A stretch of DNA of 64,000 bases from the human T2T-CHM13v2.0 reference genome, Homo sapiens: NCBI RefSeq assembly GCF_009914755.1, contig NC_060925.1; one strand, given 5' to 3'. Within the stretch, counting starts at the first letter, position 1. Every line of letters begins with the position of its first letter. The notes beneath the pieces are model-generated. The model did not search any database. It saw only the letters and a list, made by a program, of their open reading frames with translations, and was not told where the DNA came from. The position numbers and the translations under genes were made by a program. This document shows positions 29,318-44,334 of this stretch, piece by piece.

Positions 29318-29776
29318 GCATTAGTTTCTTATGCCTGCTGTAGCAAATTGACACAAATTTAGTGGCTTGAACAACACACATTTATTACCTTACAATTCTG
29401 TGGATGAGAAGTCCAAGATATGTCTCACAGGGCTAAATAAAGTTAAGATGTCAACTGGGCTCGTTCTTTTTGGAGGCTCTGAGGGGAGAATCTTTTTCTA
29501 GAGGCCACCTGTATTCTGTGGCCCCTTCCTCACATCAGCACTCCAACCCTTTTTTCAGTCCTTATGTCTACTAATGACTGGTCCTCCTGCCTCTTCCTCT
29601 TATAAGGACTATTGTGATTACATTGGGTCCAGCCAGACATTCCAGGATAATCTCCCTATCTCATAATCCTTAATTTAATCACATCTGCAAAATCTCTTTT
29701 ACTATGTAAGGTAACATATTTAGGGATTAGGATGCAGACATCTTTGAGGGGGGCGCATTATTCAGCCTATACCCTA
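29318..29776 (-). mobile_element. MLT1C/D-type MaLR LTR inserted in a MER81-like MITE (29260-29825)
   Basis: Typical MLT1 reverse-strand sequence; AGGGTCACC...TCACCCT host TIRs split by the insertion. Confidence 0.7.
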
Positions 29777-32700
29777 TACCATACTCCCTCAGTCCTGGGC
29801 AAACTGGGAAAGCTGCATCACCCTAAAGAGGAAAAAAACATAATTAGTGGATATTCTGAGTGTGTCCCTTAATTAGTAAAACCTTGTGCATCCACCTTAA
29901 TTGTCTATAAGTTATGTACATGTGCCAATATAGTAATAGTATATTAGTGTATGTAATTAATGCAAGTTAGATATTTAAGAAAAATGAGAAAAAAATAATA
30001 ATTTCTGTTAACGGTACCTTTTGTTCTCATTAAAATAATAATTTTTAGTGAGAGCTATGTGATTGACCTACTAGATTATTTTATGTCATAGTATAGAAGA
30101 GGAATAGCTTCAACTACTTAGGAGTCAGCCCTGTCATTTTCTTGTTGGCTGTGCTTGCATTATTAAATTCTTTGCAGTAATTTTTTTAAAAGCTGCTTCC
30201 CGATGTTGTGAGGGTCAATTCAGTTAAAACTGAATAATTCCTAAGTCTACCTAACTGGGGAAACATAAACCACAGTGAATCATGGTGTGCTGTAAGTAAA
30301 ACCCATTGTTTGTGGGACTTCCACTCTTTCCCTGGGTTTCTGTATGAATCCTTACATTAATCTTAGTAAAACTTATTTTTTAAAACTAAACAAATCTATT
30401 CTTCCTTCACCCCAAAGGATCATCTTGGAGAAGCTTATATTTAGACTTTCGGGAAGAGCTTGACATTTAAACAAGTCTCATACATTTGGCAAATATAACA
30501 GGTACTTACAAAGGTTTTTAGGAACAGCAAAGGAAGAATTCATATCCTACTTGTGGTTCTGTCACTAACTGTATGTCTTTGGACAAGTTACTTCTGTGAA
30601 CCTCAGCTCTCATCCATAAAATGGTCTGCAGGATGGATAGTTCACAATGAGCGAATTTTGTTGTAGGCAGAGAGAACACTTACCCAGTTATCTAGAGCGT
30701 GAGTGTATGTGAGGAGAGATGGGAAGGGAGGCTAGAGCTAGGTTTTGAAAGGATTTGATTATCATGCAGATGAATTCTAATTCTAACCACCTGACAGAGG
30801 ATGAGTAAGTGAAGTGGTTTAAACTGGAGAACAGGAGCATGAGGTCACATGGATCTTTTAATTAGATTGCTGTGGAGGGTAAAGTGGAATGTAGGGGACG
30901 TACTTTGGAGGCACGAGGTCCTAAGTCGTGGTCCCACTAGAAGAGAGTTGATATCTAAATCAAGATGTTGGCCTTTTTGTCCTTAGTAGTAATTTTTCTG
31001 AGTATGTCAGACCAGTTTTTATCAGTTTAAGAGGTTTATTTCCTGGTTTGTGATTACATTTCTGTACCCTTTTGCTTTTTCTCTCATGATTGCTGGTCTA
31101 TTAATATACATAAGTGAGCAGAAAAAAATTTAAAAACTAGAACAATATATAAGCTGTTTTTTCTTTTTTGAGGTGATGAATAGAGCATATTGGAAACATA
31201 TCGATAAAACATTTTGAAAATTCCCCAGGAAATCTGGAGGAATTTTTTTGCTTGTTTCTGCTTCTGTCTCTAAACTTTCAAGGTACGGAATCTATTTCTT
31301 TTCTGAATAATATTTGAAATAAATAAAATAATAAAACAATCCCACTTCTCCAAATCATTTGATGCCTTTTTTTTCTTTCCTTGAATAAACCAATGAAAGA
31401 TGACCTTTACAAAAATGATTTTTTTAGTGGAACTTAATGTGAAAGACTGAGGAAAAAAAGTTTATCTTTGCTCTAGGATATATATTCTGAAGAAAGCACC
31501 TGGTATTTTTATTTATAAGAGGTGTCGGGTCATACAGTGTCAGATCCCTTCAGACAAGTTAGATGAAGCCACTTAATAGGAAAAGGTCTGTGAAAGAAGG
31601 TGTGTGACATCTTTGCATAACACTTGAACACTGTGTCCAATAAAAGACGGCAAATGACGTGTTTCATGTTGGTCCTTTATGTTATTAAACATTTGAGGAT
31701 ATACTGGAATGGAAGCAGGCAGTAGGGTTGACAGGCAATGGAAAAAATAAAAGGTATCAGCTCTTTTGAGTATTGGTTATTTCATTTTTCGTTTGTTCAT
31801 GAACTTGTACATCACTCTTTCACTTTTCTCAACAGTCTGAATGGAGAAAAGAATCAATATGTATAATTAATATTCTTATGCTTATAATGAAAGGGAAACT
31901 TATAAAAATTTAAGTGCTTTATTATTCTCAAGTCATCTTCAAATAGAAACACCTGTATGTACGTGATGCTTTTGTTTAGTAGTTTATACATAACTGGAAA
32001 GAGATGAAATCTCTTGAAACTTATCTACATGTTTTAGATTATACTTTAGTGCCAGTTGTATGTTATGTTTTTCAAGGCCATATTTTAGACTAATTTAAAA
32101 GTCAAATTGTACATGTCACAAGGGAATAGGAAATTGCTTTTGAATATTTGCAGTATAAGAGTGTTAATCCTTTGGGATGAATTTGTTTAATAAATGCAAG
32201 TTTTTTTGAAAGAAGATTTGGTTTTAGGACTTTATAATTAATTGCTAGTTAAAATTATTTTATATTTTACATGAAAGTGACACCTGGCTGTATCAGAAAG
32301 TATTCTGTAACATTAATACGGTTCATAGGTACTAAGCTAATTTTGTATTATTATGTAGCGTTTGTAATCTACTGGAGAAAAAACATGTAAAGGCTAAGAA
32401 CAGTGCCTCACTCGTAGTAAGCACTACTGTATGAGTTATTCATTGACTCTAGCTACTTTGGTAATTTGTTGAGTAGAAATAAGATGGCCTAGGTTTCAGA
32501 GTTAAAAATGGGAATTTATAAATCCACTTAAATATTATTTGATTATTCACAATGTATTTGGTGTGATGAAGGATACAGAAGAATTGTGAGACTTGAGCTC
32601 TGTATATAAGCTGCTTGTTACAATACAGATAGTGGTGTAGTGTGAAAGGCATAAAACTATGTCAGAGCTTGGTTGTAGTTCTTTCTTTTCATTGTTAATA

Positions 32701-33748
32701 TGAACATTTATTGAGTGATTATTTCTCTTCTAAGTACTAAATACTATTCAGTGTAATATGCATTAAATTATTTTATTCTCTGTATAGATGTTTTAAGGCA
32801 GACACTCCATTTTAAAGATGAAGAAAGGTGGGCACAAAGAAGTTAAGTTCTTAACAGCTTGCCCAAGTTCTTACAGCCAGGAAGCAACAGAGCCAGAACT
32901 AAGAAGGCCAGGTTCTAAGCCTGTGTTCTCTTAACCGGTATGCTGTGCTGCCAGTTGGCTGGTAGATGGTCTTGGGCAAGTTTCTTCACTTTTTCTAGTT
33001 AATAATTTTATCTGGCAAAGTGTCAGTTTTTTTCATCTGAAAATGTGGGTGCCTGTATTAGCCTAGGAAGGAATGGACATTGGAATTGTTCATGAAACTT
33101 TTAAAAGAAATACGCATACCTAGGATTCTTACCTTGTAGATTTTGTCAGTAAGTTTGTGATACTCTTTTATGCATTCAAGTCTGTATTACTGTATTAGGT
33201 GAACTCAGTTTATTTTTTATATGTCTAACATTCTAAGATACTTGATTTGAATGTTAATAAACAACACATAAAACTGAACTGCATAGTAAGTGCTTAAGAG
33301 GAGAAAATGAGGGCTAGAGTTCTCAAGGAAGGCTTGACTTGGGTTTAAGGGAAATGTGTGGTTTATAAACTCTGCTTCTGTGCAAACAGGAGCTTCATGA
33401 GCTGAAATAAGATGTACTGGTGTTGATAACATGAATAATGGCTATTTCTTTGTGTGTGCATGTGTATGTCTGTCTGCCTGCTTGCAGTGGGTAGATGGCA
33501 CTTAATTGTCAAGGAGAAAGAGAGTTATGAATGGAAGAGATAATCTAGTTGATATGGGTAAGAGTGGTAGTAAACAGAAAAGCCTGAGGAGAAAGAGAGA
33601 GATTTCAGAGATTGTGGTAGATTTTGCAAACCAGTCCAAAGAATTAGATAATAAAGATTCAGCAAGAAAAGTGGTGTTGTGAGAACATTATTTTGACATA
33701 ATTGTGCTAGATTTGTTTTTAGAGGAAGGAGACTTAGAGGGGTGAATA

Positions 33749-34150
33749 CAATTGGCTTTCCACATCCACAGATTCAACCAACCTCAGGTTGAAAATATAT
33801 TTTAAAAACAATAAAAATAACAATACAACAATAAAAATACAAATAAAAACAATGTTGTATAACAGCTATTTACATAGCATTTACATAGTGTTAGGTTTTA
33901 AATCACCTCTAGATATTATATGGGAGGATATGCATAGATGTTTTAAATCACCTCTAGATATTTTAAATCACCTCTAGATACTTATATGGAAGGATATGCA
34001 TAGATGTTTTAAATCATCTCTAGATATTTTAAATCACCTCTAGATATTTATATGGGAGGATATGCATAGGTGATATGCAAATGCCATTTTATGTAAGAGA
34101 CTGGAGCATTCTCAGATTTTGGTATCTTCGGATCCTGGATCCAACCCCTT
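33749..34150. mobile_element. Tigger3a/MER7-type MITE with internal tandem duplication
   Basis: ATTTACATAGCATTTACATAGTGTTAGG and GGGAGGATATGCATAGG...TATGCAAAT motifs. Confidence 0.75.
33896..34069. repeat. Compound minisatellite, ~66-bp period
   Basis: Five copies of ttttaaatca(c/t)ctctagata and three of atatgg(g/a)aggatatgcatag. Confidence 0.9.
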
Positions 34151-34805
34151 CTGGATCCCAAGGGATGACCGGGCTAAAAAGCCCTTGGAGTAATTGAGGC
34201 TTGTCATAAGAAGGACTTCATCTTGGCAGTAGAAATAAAGAACAGGGTACAATAAATAGAGATTTTTGAGGAGGTAAATGATTTAATTTTGTGAAAGGTT
34301 GGCAAGCTGGCAGTAGTGCAGTGCAGTGCAGCAGATAACAGCATTAGGCTAGGATTCTAAATAACTGGATTTTAGTTTGCCTCTAACCAAACTCTGTTCA
34401 ACATCCCCTTTCTGTTGTCCATCTCAATGCAAAGAGATATTTACTTAGGCTTCAGTGTGCTGTATCCTATACAGGATTCTGGTGGACAAAACAAAGTAAC
34501 TGCTTTCTTGGAGCACACTGTCACTGAGAGTACATTCTAGGGCCTAAAATTATGAATCTGTGAAATAAAGTTCAATGAGAAAAGAAATGTTAAGCATTTT
34601 TTGTTTGTTTTCTGTTTGTTTGCTTGTTTGTTTTAACTTGGGCAACTAGAAGAATTGGTGGTGGTCAAAAAGAAGTGGAAGAGTTGGCAAAGGGCTTGGA
34701 AGGGGAAGGAGCTGTTAGTTGGAGGTGAATGGAATATCCAAGTGGAGACATTTTATGGGCACTTAAAAATGCAGACTTGAATGCAGATAAAATTTGGCCT
34801 GGAGT

Positions 34806-35106
<301 letters not shown>

Positions 35107-35131
35107 GTTGGCTGGAGTTATCCTCGTAAAG

Positions 35132-35427
35132 CAGAGGTCCCCAGCCCCTGGGCTGCGGACCAGTACTGCTCCGTGGTCTGTTAGGACCCTGACCTCACAA
35201 CAGGAGGTGAACAGCAGGTGAGTGAGCATTACTGCCTGAGCTCCACCTCCTGTCAGATTAGCAGCAGAATTAGATTCTCATAGGAGCATGAACCCTACTA
35301 TGAACCACACACGCGAGGGATCTAGGTTGTGTACTCCTTATGAGAATCTAATGGCCCCCCACCCCATCCATGGCAAAGTAGTCTTCCATGAAACTGGTCT
35401 CTGGTGCCAAAAGGTTGGGGACCGCTG
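35132..35427 (+). mobile_element. MER1B DNA transposon
   Basis: CAGAGGTCCCCA...TGGGGACCGCTG TIRs; 8-bp TSD tcgtaaag/tcatagag. Confidence 0.85.
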
Positions 35428-37059
35428 TCATAGAGGGAATCATTTTTGAAAGAGAACATTGGACTTTTGAAACAGAATAAAGAAAGGTGCCAAGCATAGT
35501 AAAGCTCTGAAAGAAAGGAGGAAACTGGAAAGGATGGATGGAAAGAGATTTAAGGAAGTCATTTAAGTGGTCAACAATATAAAATGTCTTAGATAAGTTT
35601 GGAGAGCTTGAAAACTGAGAAACTTTTCAAAAGAGGGAAGTGATTGATAGCTTTTGGGAGTGGAGAATAATAGAAGATATTTGGAGAGCTGGTAGGCATG
35701 AATTCCACACATTTGTTTGGTAGCCAGGAGATGTAGAAGAGTACATAAAAAAAAAAAAGTTAACATGTAGAGTAGCTTCATACTTGTATGCTGCAACCCA
35801 TTTTACACAGTGCCACTGGATTTGTCTTACATGCAGCTTTGATTATGTCAGTCCCCTGATGAAATATCTTTCAAAGGCTCCTTGAAGGATAAAACTTTAA
35901 ACCTTGATAATTTTTAAATGCCTGCAGTCTGACCCACACTTACTGTTGTAGCTTTATTTTCTGCTTTTCCTAATAGAGACTTTGTTTGAGCATGACTGAT
36001 CTGTTGGCCTGGTAGTAATTTATTTGAGGACTATTTTTGTAGTCTCTAATTGAAAATTAAGGTAACAAAACTACTGTCACTTGTGTTTTAGAGGCTAAAT
36101 ACACTGTACCCAATTTCTGAAAATATATTATTATCAAGTATAGGGCATGATTATTTCCAGCATCTTAGAGGACAAATTGTATTGGCTGAATTTCTAATGG
36201 TAGGTTATAATGGTAGGATATAAAAACAGAACATATCACATTTGTTTACTAAGTGCTTCTCTATGTTGGATCAATGAAATTATGGGCCAGTTTAGTGAAA
36301 CAATTTTCTAATAGAATTTGATATGTGGAATATTAAGCTAAGAAAATTTAAGACCCAATCCTACATCAGAGTGAAGTTAAAAGTCAGAACTACTGAAATG
36401 CAAAGGTTTAATTAGAAACAGGCACTAGAACATAGAACTTTCTCAGCTAAGCTGTACAATTGCACGTGATTTGACTATGGACTGTTGATGCAGCCAAATA
36501 GAATAAAAACTGCAAGGAGAAAGAGGCCCAGTATGCTCTTACCTATTAGCAGATAGACCAAGCAGAAGAGAAGCAACCTTAAAAGAGCTCCAGACTGATA
36601 CGTGGTTTAGAAGAATATCTGTCTTTTAATAAAACATTGTGATGGAGAGAAACTAGGTTGCTTAAGCAAAGGCACTAGAGGCCTGGTGATCTTTTGGTCT
36701 TGTTTTATTACCAGTGTTTGACCAAAATGGCTTCCACATTATTCACCCATTTCCCACAAGTTTCTCAATACTTACAGGATTTCAGTAAATTTTTTCAGAT
36801 ATCCAGGAAGTAATATTCAAAAACTACAATTTTCACTGATAACTTTAACCATACTGCGCTAATTGAGTGGCTGGCACTATATTTCTGTACAAGGGATTAA
36901 CTTTGAATTTATGTTTAAGAAGCAATTCTTTGTTGCCTAGTTTAGTTATTTCTTTTACCACAAAGTGTTTTCTCATTCTTCTTTTTAAAGCTCTGAAAAA
37001 GCTTTTCTAATTCATAGTTCAAAGTAGGAGCTCAATAGATCATCATGCTGGCAACAGGG

Positions 37060-38400
37060 CAGTGTATTCTCTGCCTTGGAGTTGCTTAGTCTTATGTGAG
37101 AAACAAAAATAAACAGTTAATTTCATTTCAGTGTGTATGTGCTCAGGTAGAGATAGCCAAAGGGCTGTGGGAATTTAGAGCGGGCCACCCACCAACCCCA
37201 GATTGTGGAAATCAGGAAAATGTTTTAGACCCTTATTAGTTTCTTGCCCCAAGAGAGAAGAATTATAGGTATTGAGTTATGTTTTAGATAGTGGGAGTGG
37301 GAGCAGGTACAGAACATTCTTGAAAGAGGGAACAGCATGAGCCAGAGACATGAGACAGCACAGTCTGTGTTCAAGGAACTATTACAGGTAGCTCTGTATC
37401 GCTGAAGCATAAAGTGAAAGGCAGGGAGAGTGACAGGAAATATGAAGCTGAAGACTTAGTAGAATTTTAGAGATTTTTAAATAGCATGTGGAGAGAAGCT
37501 TGAGTTTTGTCATGTAGTTAATGGAGTCTGTAAAAGGTCTTAAGCAGGGGAATGGTAGTGTGATAATTTACTGTTAGATTTTTGGCAGAGGTGTGAATGG
37601 TTGATTTGCAGACGTAGCAAGTTAGGAATTAGGGAGATCTGTTAGGAGGTTGCTCTAGGTAAGAGATAAGGGCTTGAGTTAAGGCAGTCAGAATGGGGAT
37701 TGAGAAATGATTTGAAGAAATTTAGAGTAGAATAAACAAGATGGTCAAGGGAGGGTGAAGGCAAAGGAGTAGTCACAGGTGTTTTTCAGGTTTCTAGTTT
37801 GAGGACTGGGTAGATAGCAGTACCAGATGGTGGGATCAAGGATATAGGAGGAAGAGATTTGGAAAAGGAAGCTAATGTATTCAATTTTGGATTTAGATGT
37901 TTTTGAGATACCTTGGAATATGAAGGAAGAGAGATGCAACTTTTAAATGAGCTTTGTTTATCCTCAACATTAAGGTAGGGTATCACAGAAGGGTTTTAAG
38001 GAATGGACCAGTTAGGAAAAGATAAGGGCTGAAGATAAAGTTTCAGTAGCTGTCAACTAAAAACCATGAGAGTACGTAAGTCTCCTATGTAGAATATAAA
38101 GGGAAGATTTCAGAACCAAACCCTTGGAGCATCAGAATTTAAATAGTGAACAGAAGCAGCATATCAAAGGAGACTCAGAAACAAGAGTCAGTGTGAGATG
38201 AAAAGCAGAAGTGTGTAATTTGACAAGTCAAAGAGGAGATGGTTTAAGTTAAAACAGCAGTCAGAGGTACCACATGCAGCAGGGAAATCAAAAAAAGCTA
38301 ACTTCTGCCACACCATACTAGTCTCAGTGGTACAATGAGGACAGAAACTAGATTTCAGCAGGCTGAGGACTAAATAGAAGGTGAAAACATTGAGATTACA
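37060..38400 (-). mobile_element. L2 fragment(s), boundaries approximate
   Basis: Purine-rich degenerate L2 reverse-strand motifs. Confidence 0.55.
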
Positions 38401-38574
38401 AGTATAAACTACTGTGAAATTTGATAAGTGAAAGTAGACAGAAAAGGTAGTGGCTGATAATAACTGACATTTCAGCACATATTCTGTGCCAGGCTAAGCA
38501 TAGCATATACATTTATTTCAGTTCCTCCTAATAAGTCAATTTTACAATGTTGATACTGAGTTGAGGCATATAGG

Positions 38575-38876
38575 CTGGCCTGCCTGCCTTCCGTCCTTCT
38601 GTCCGTCCGTCCGTCCTTCCTTCCTTCCTTTCCTTTCCTTTCCTTTCCTTTCTTTCCTGGCAGGGTCTTGCTCTGTCCCCCAGTCTGGAGTACAGCAGCA
38701 TGATCACCACTCACCGCAGCCTTGACCTCCCTGGGAACTGGTGATTTTCCTTCCACCTCAGCCTCCTGAGTAGCTGGGACCAGAGGTGTGCGCCACCATG
38801 CCTGGCTAATTTTTGTATGTTTTGTAGAGACGGAGTTTTGCCTTGTTGCCCAGGCTGGTCTCTGACTCCTGATCTC
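38575..38876 (-). mobile_element. AluJ partial with (CCTG/CCGT/CCTT/CCTTT)n tail-derived microsatellite
   Basis: Alu body 38657-38876; compound repeat 38575-38657. Confidence 0.85.
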
Positions 38877-39290
38877 CTCTTAAATTTGTCCATACTCTTG
38901 GATTAAAGTATTAATCTAATTTTTACAAATAAGGAAACTGAAGCTCATAAGTTGCCCATCACTCACCTTGCAAACTTAGATCTCTCTCCAAATTGTTGGA
39001 TTTTTCCATATTGCTACGTTTCATGTTTAATATTTTCTAGCCAACAGATAAATGAAAAGAAAGGTAAGAAGATAACACTGTTACATTCACTCAAGAATTG
39101 GTGATACTGGTCAAAGCTAGATACAGCATAATACAAAAATAAAACAACTATCACAAAGGAGAAGTTCTGATTAACTACTTCATGATTTTCGTAGTGGCAA
39201 CAAGTGATAAATATGAAGGCCGTGTAGTAGTGGCTAAGAGGCGCAGGCTTCAGAGTCAAAAAAATCCAAGTTTTAACCCCCGGTCCCTCA

Positions 39291-39622
<332 letters not shown>

Positions 39623-39624
39623 AA

Positions 39625-42600
39625 TTATGTACAGCGAAATGCACAGATCTTAACTGTATAGTTGGATCAGTTTTGACACATGCATACACCTGTGTAACTC
39701 ACACCCCCTCAAGATATAGAATATTCTCATCACCCTAGAAAGTTCTCTCATGTCCCTTTCTGGTGAATCCCCCAGAGGCAAGTAGTGATCTGATTTCTGT
39801 CACCATGGATTAGTTTTGCCAATTCTGGAACATCATCTAAATGGAGTTATACAGTATTAGCTCATGTGTTTGACTTCTTTTACTCAATGTAATGTCTGAG
39901 ATTTACCCATTTTGTTTCCTTTGTCATTAATTAGTTCCTTTTTATTGCTGAGTAGTAGTACACTGTATGAATGTACTACAGTTTATTTATTCTTCTGTTA
40001 GTGGTTATCTGGACTGCTTCCAGGTTTTCGCTATTAGGAGTAAAAACTACTATGGACATTCTTGTACAAGGCTTTTTGTAGACATAGTTTTCATTGCTGT
40101 TGAGAAGTACCTAAAAGTAGAATTGCAACTGCTGAAACGGATATTATATGCTTTTCGATACAATATCCTGAGAAAGTCACAACATCATTATAATATCCTG
40201 AGAAAGACACAATGAAGGATTCTGACTGAGAATACCTAATCTGAATCTGGTCATCATGATACATCAGACAAATCTCACATAAGAACCATATTATTTAAAA
40301 AGAAAGGGGACTGTAGCCTTCAAAAATGTTAGTGCCACATAAAATAAAGCTCCAGAACTGTTCCAAGTTAAATGATACTGAATAGACATGACAAATGCAG
40401 GACATGATCATAGATTTAATTCTGTACTGGAGAAAGGAATTCTAAAAAAGACATTGGATTAATTGACAAAATTGCAATGTGGACAGTAAATTTTTGTGTC
40501 AATGTAACATTTACTGAAGTTGATACCTGTATTGTAGTTATGCAAGAGAATATCCCTATTCTGTGGAAATAGATATCACAGTATTTTAGAGGTAAGTTAC
40601 TGGGAGAGAGGGAACAGAGGGAGAGAGGAAGGATGAGTGAGCATGGGCAAATGACAAATAATGGAACAAATTAAGTAAAATATTAACAATGGATTGATAC
40701 AGCTAAAGCATTTGTAGATTTTTTTTTGTACTATGCTGCCTACTCTTCTGAAATTTGAAATTATTTCCAAATAAAAAATTTAAAAACGGTTTGAATTTTC
40801 TCCTGTGTGTGAGAAGTTGATAGATCCATTCAAGTTTATCAGTCTATTATCAGTTTTTTCCATTCCTTATGCCAGTTTTGCAATGTTTCTAGAAATTTAT
40901 CCATTTCTCCTGTTTTCAAATATATTGTTATATATAGTTTATAATATTTTATAATTTTAAAAATGTTTCCTCTGTGGTTGTTTTTTCTTTTTATTCCATA
41001 TTGTGTTAATTCCCATTACTATCTTCCCTTTATTGGTTTTGCCAGAAGTTTGTCTAATACTTTCTTCAAAGAACCAACTTTTGATTTTCTTAATTTTCTT
41101 TGCTGTTTTTTGTTCTCTATTTTAGCAATGCCTATCCATATATCCTTCCTTGTTTCTTTGCATTTGTACTCTCTTTTATCTTTTTGAGTTGATTAGCTCT
41201 TTTGTTTTCAGCATTTGTCTCAATGTATTCAGAAGCATAGTTTTCCTGCTATTGTCTTATCTACATCCCACCAATTGTGATTGGTAGTCTTCTGCTGATT
41301 ATTTCATAATATTGTTTCCTCTTTAACCTAAGGATTATTTTGCTACATATTTCTTGCTTCCAGGCTTGGGATATTGTTAGCTGTCTTTCTGTTATTTCAA
41401 ATTTTGTTGCAGCATGGTTGGAGAATATAATCTTTTAGAGCTTGAGTTTTTGGAATTTGAGGCTTCTTTTGAGGCTTTAGTTTACTATCGGTATTTGGGA
41501 AATGTTCCACGTGTCCTTGAGAAGAATGTTTTAATTTATATGTGGTATAAAATTCTGTATCTTTGAGCTTCTTACATGGAATATAAATATCATTTTGTCC
41601 ACTTAATCTGTTATTTTGTGAGGTAATTTAAAATAGACCACCATACTTTTTGTTTATTCTCTTTCCACCTGTAGCTTTGCCAGTGGTTGTAGTATATTTT
41701 CTACATTGTTAGGTGCATATATATTTGTAATTCTTTCTTCTTTTTACTCATAGATAATAAATCGCTGTCTTAATAACATAATGTTTTCCATCTTGTTTGG
41801 TTTCTATGTTAATTAAAATGGCTACTTTGTTGTTTTCATATTTTCTTAAAACTGTATATACTTACTCAAATTTTTAAATGAGTTGAAAATTACCCCTAAT
41901 GTTTCCTAACATAATAATTGGTACTTACTGGGTAATCTTACATGCTTGTAAAGTTTCTTCATTAAAACTCAGAGGAAAACAATTCATTTGAAAGTGACAG
42001 ACTCCAGTTTAGTTTTATTAGCCAAGCCTAATAATTGCAGACTCCTTCTTTGCAATTATTAGGCTTGGCTCATTTGCATATTAGTATATTCTTTATTGCA
42101 CATTAATGTGTCTTTCTGGAATTCATTATTGCATTATTTTGCTAGATTTGATAGTATGATAAAAAACAATGGTTAAAGATAGCTGGTTCAGTAATTCTGC
42201 ATTAGGCAGATATAAAAAGCTGTCATTGCAAGCCATTGGATATCATTTTTAAAAGGTATTTTTTTCTCAATCACTTTCACATTAAAGAATGCTTTCTTCT
42301 GTAATGAAATTTCCCTTGGCACAATAAAGAATGTTTTCTGCTTTCTTAATGAAATCTTCCTTGGCTCTTCAGTTGCTATATTGTTTGGAAAATTTTTCCT
42401 GAGTCCCTCTGCTGTTCTTTTTAGTAAGAATGAATTGATTTCTCTTTTACCCTAATACTTAACGATTATTTTTTTAGACACATAGTTGTAACATACACCC
42501 TTAAAATGGCAGGATGCCTAGAAGTATTAAAGATCGTAGGTTGCCACAACAAGAAAAACTTGTCACCATACATTCAAGTTGAAAACCTTCCTTCAGGGAA

Positions 42601-43950
42601 AAAAAAAAAAAAATAGAAATACAGTTTCTAAAATGAAAGCAGTAGGTTTAAGAAAAGATTAAATCCCCAAAGTCTGTCTTTTAAACCTAGGCATTCCATT
42701 TCTTCTGGTGTTATTTGGGTGCTTCTGATAAACTAACCTAGGCTGATTGCCCTCTATTCCTTGTTTACAGCTATCTTCCTGGGATTTGTCTTTCTAGTCA
42801 CCCTGGGGGTTTCCTTTGCCTCTGTTATCTCAGTATCATATTGCTGTAATTACTGTAGTTTCATATAGATCTAGCCCCTCATATAAGAATATTCTTGACT
42901 ATTTCTGGCTTGTTATATAAAAAGTCTCCCTTTTTACCACCTCAGTATGTAGTTCAAACTACCCCTATATATTATTTTGAATTGTGAAATTGACACTTTT
43001 TCCAAGTAAAAGGATTGTCAAATATTGGCAATTTCAAACAGTTCTACTTACTAGAAGATTTCTTGCCAAGTTTCTATCTGGACACGTTATTGTTTCTATC
43101 ATAAATGAGTCCTTGTTATGGTTTGAGAGAGTGTTGATTTGCTTCTTAATTTTATACTTGGGAATATAATTTTTATATCTGGGACTTCTTTTAATAGGTG
43201 ATTCTTTTGAATTTTCCAATTATATAAACTCATCTGCAGTTAATGCAGATACACTCATTGTTTGGAACTACAGATAATTTTACTGTCTTTTCCATTTTTA
43301 TGCCTCTTTTATCTTCATGTTTTGTAATGCTAATGAAAATGGACATTCTTGTCTTATTTCAGATCTATATAGGTGTCTTTTTAGGTTTCCTCACTAAATA
43401 TAATACTGACTTTTAGTTTTATGTATTACATATGTATTTTCCATGTTAAATATATAATTATTCCTGTTTCATTATTGATTCTTAAAACATTGATGGATGT
43501 ATAAGTTTATCAGATGTTTTTCAGTGGCTATGGATATAATCGTAACATATTTTTCCTTGATATTTTTGCATAGCAAATCAAGTTGATTTTATTATGTTGG
43601 ACTAGTTTTGAATGTCAGAGCTTAACTCTACTTGATAATAATTGTGGTATATTTCTCCTTTGGTATGTTCCTAGAGACTTTCTTTTTTATTGTTTTCTTG
43701 ATAAGTTTTGCATGTTATTTCATAAGTACTATTAACCTCTAGTATTCATTTATGTATGTGCTATTTCTGTTAGTTTTTGATATCACTGTTAGGTTCTCTA
43801 TGCAAAAATAATTTGGAAGCTTCTATGCTTTTAAACAGTTGAGGTAACTTTAGGATTATCTGTTCTTAAATATTTGTTAGAATTTATAAGAACTGGTACT
43901 TTCCGAGGAGGTTAGCTATTTGACAGCTTTCTGTGTACCTTGTGTGATAA
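39625..43950. mobile_element. Cluster of old L1M fragments in both orientations, boundaries approximate
   Basis: Degenerate L1 3'-end and ORF2-type AT-rich sequence. Confidence 0.55.
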
Positions 43951-44219
43951 TTATCAGATACTGCTTCTGGTGAAGACTTTCCTGTTGTACCTTCATGGAA
44001 TTCATAATGTCTTACTTGGAATGCTGATAATAATGTTTATGTTTTTCTTATACGTATTGATTTTCGTCATTAAATTGTTAAAAGGTATTAGGATAGGAAC
44101 CATCTGTCTGTTTATCGCCTCAAATTCTAGCCCATATAGAAATATGTTGACTTAACAACTTTTCTTCTTTCTTTCTCTTTCTCTTTTTCTGTTTGTTGGT
44201 GGTGGTGGGTGTTTTACAG

Positions 44220-44334
44220 GCTTCCCAGCTGGCGTGTATGTTGTAAAGAGAGTTCTTCAGCTTCAGCGTCATCATATTACTCTCAAGATGACAACTGCGC
44301 ACTAGAAAATGAAGATGTACAATTCCAGAAAAAG
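44220..44334 (+). CDS. SUCO: SUCO exon 2 ([38 protein letters not shown])
   Basis: ttttacag|G acceptor, AAG|gtgcct donor, 115 nt, completes the TG+G Trp codon. Confidence 0.95.

Noticed and set aside
33896-34069. Repeat-spacer pattern resembling a CRISPR array
   Set aside because: Spacers are identical to each other, the context is eukaryotic and there are no cas genes; it is a minisatellite
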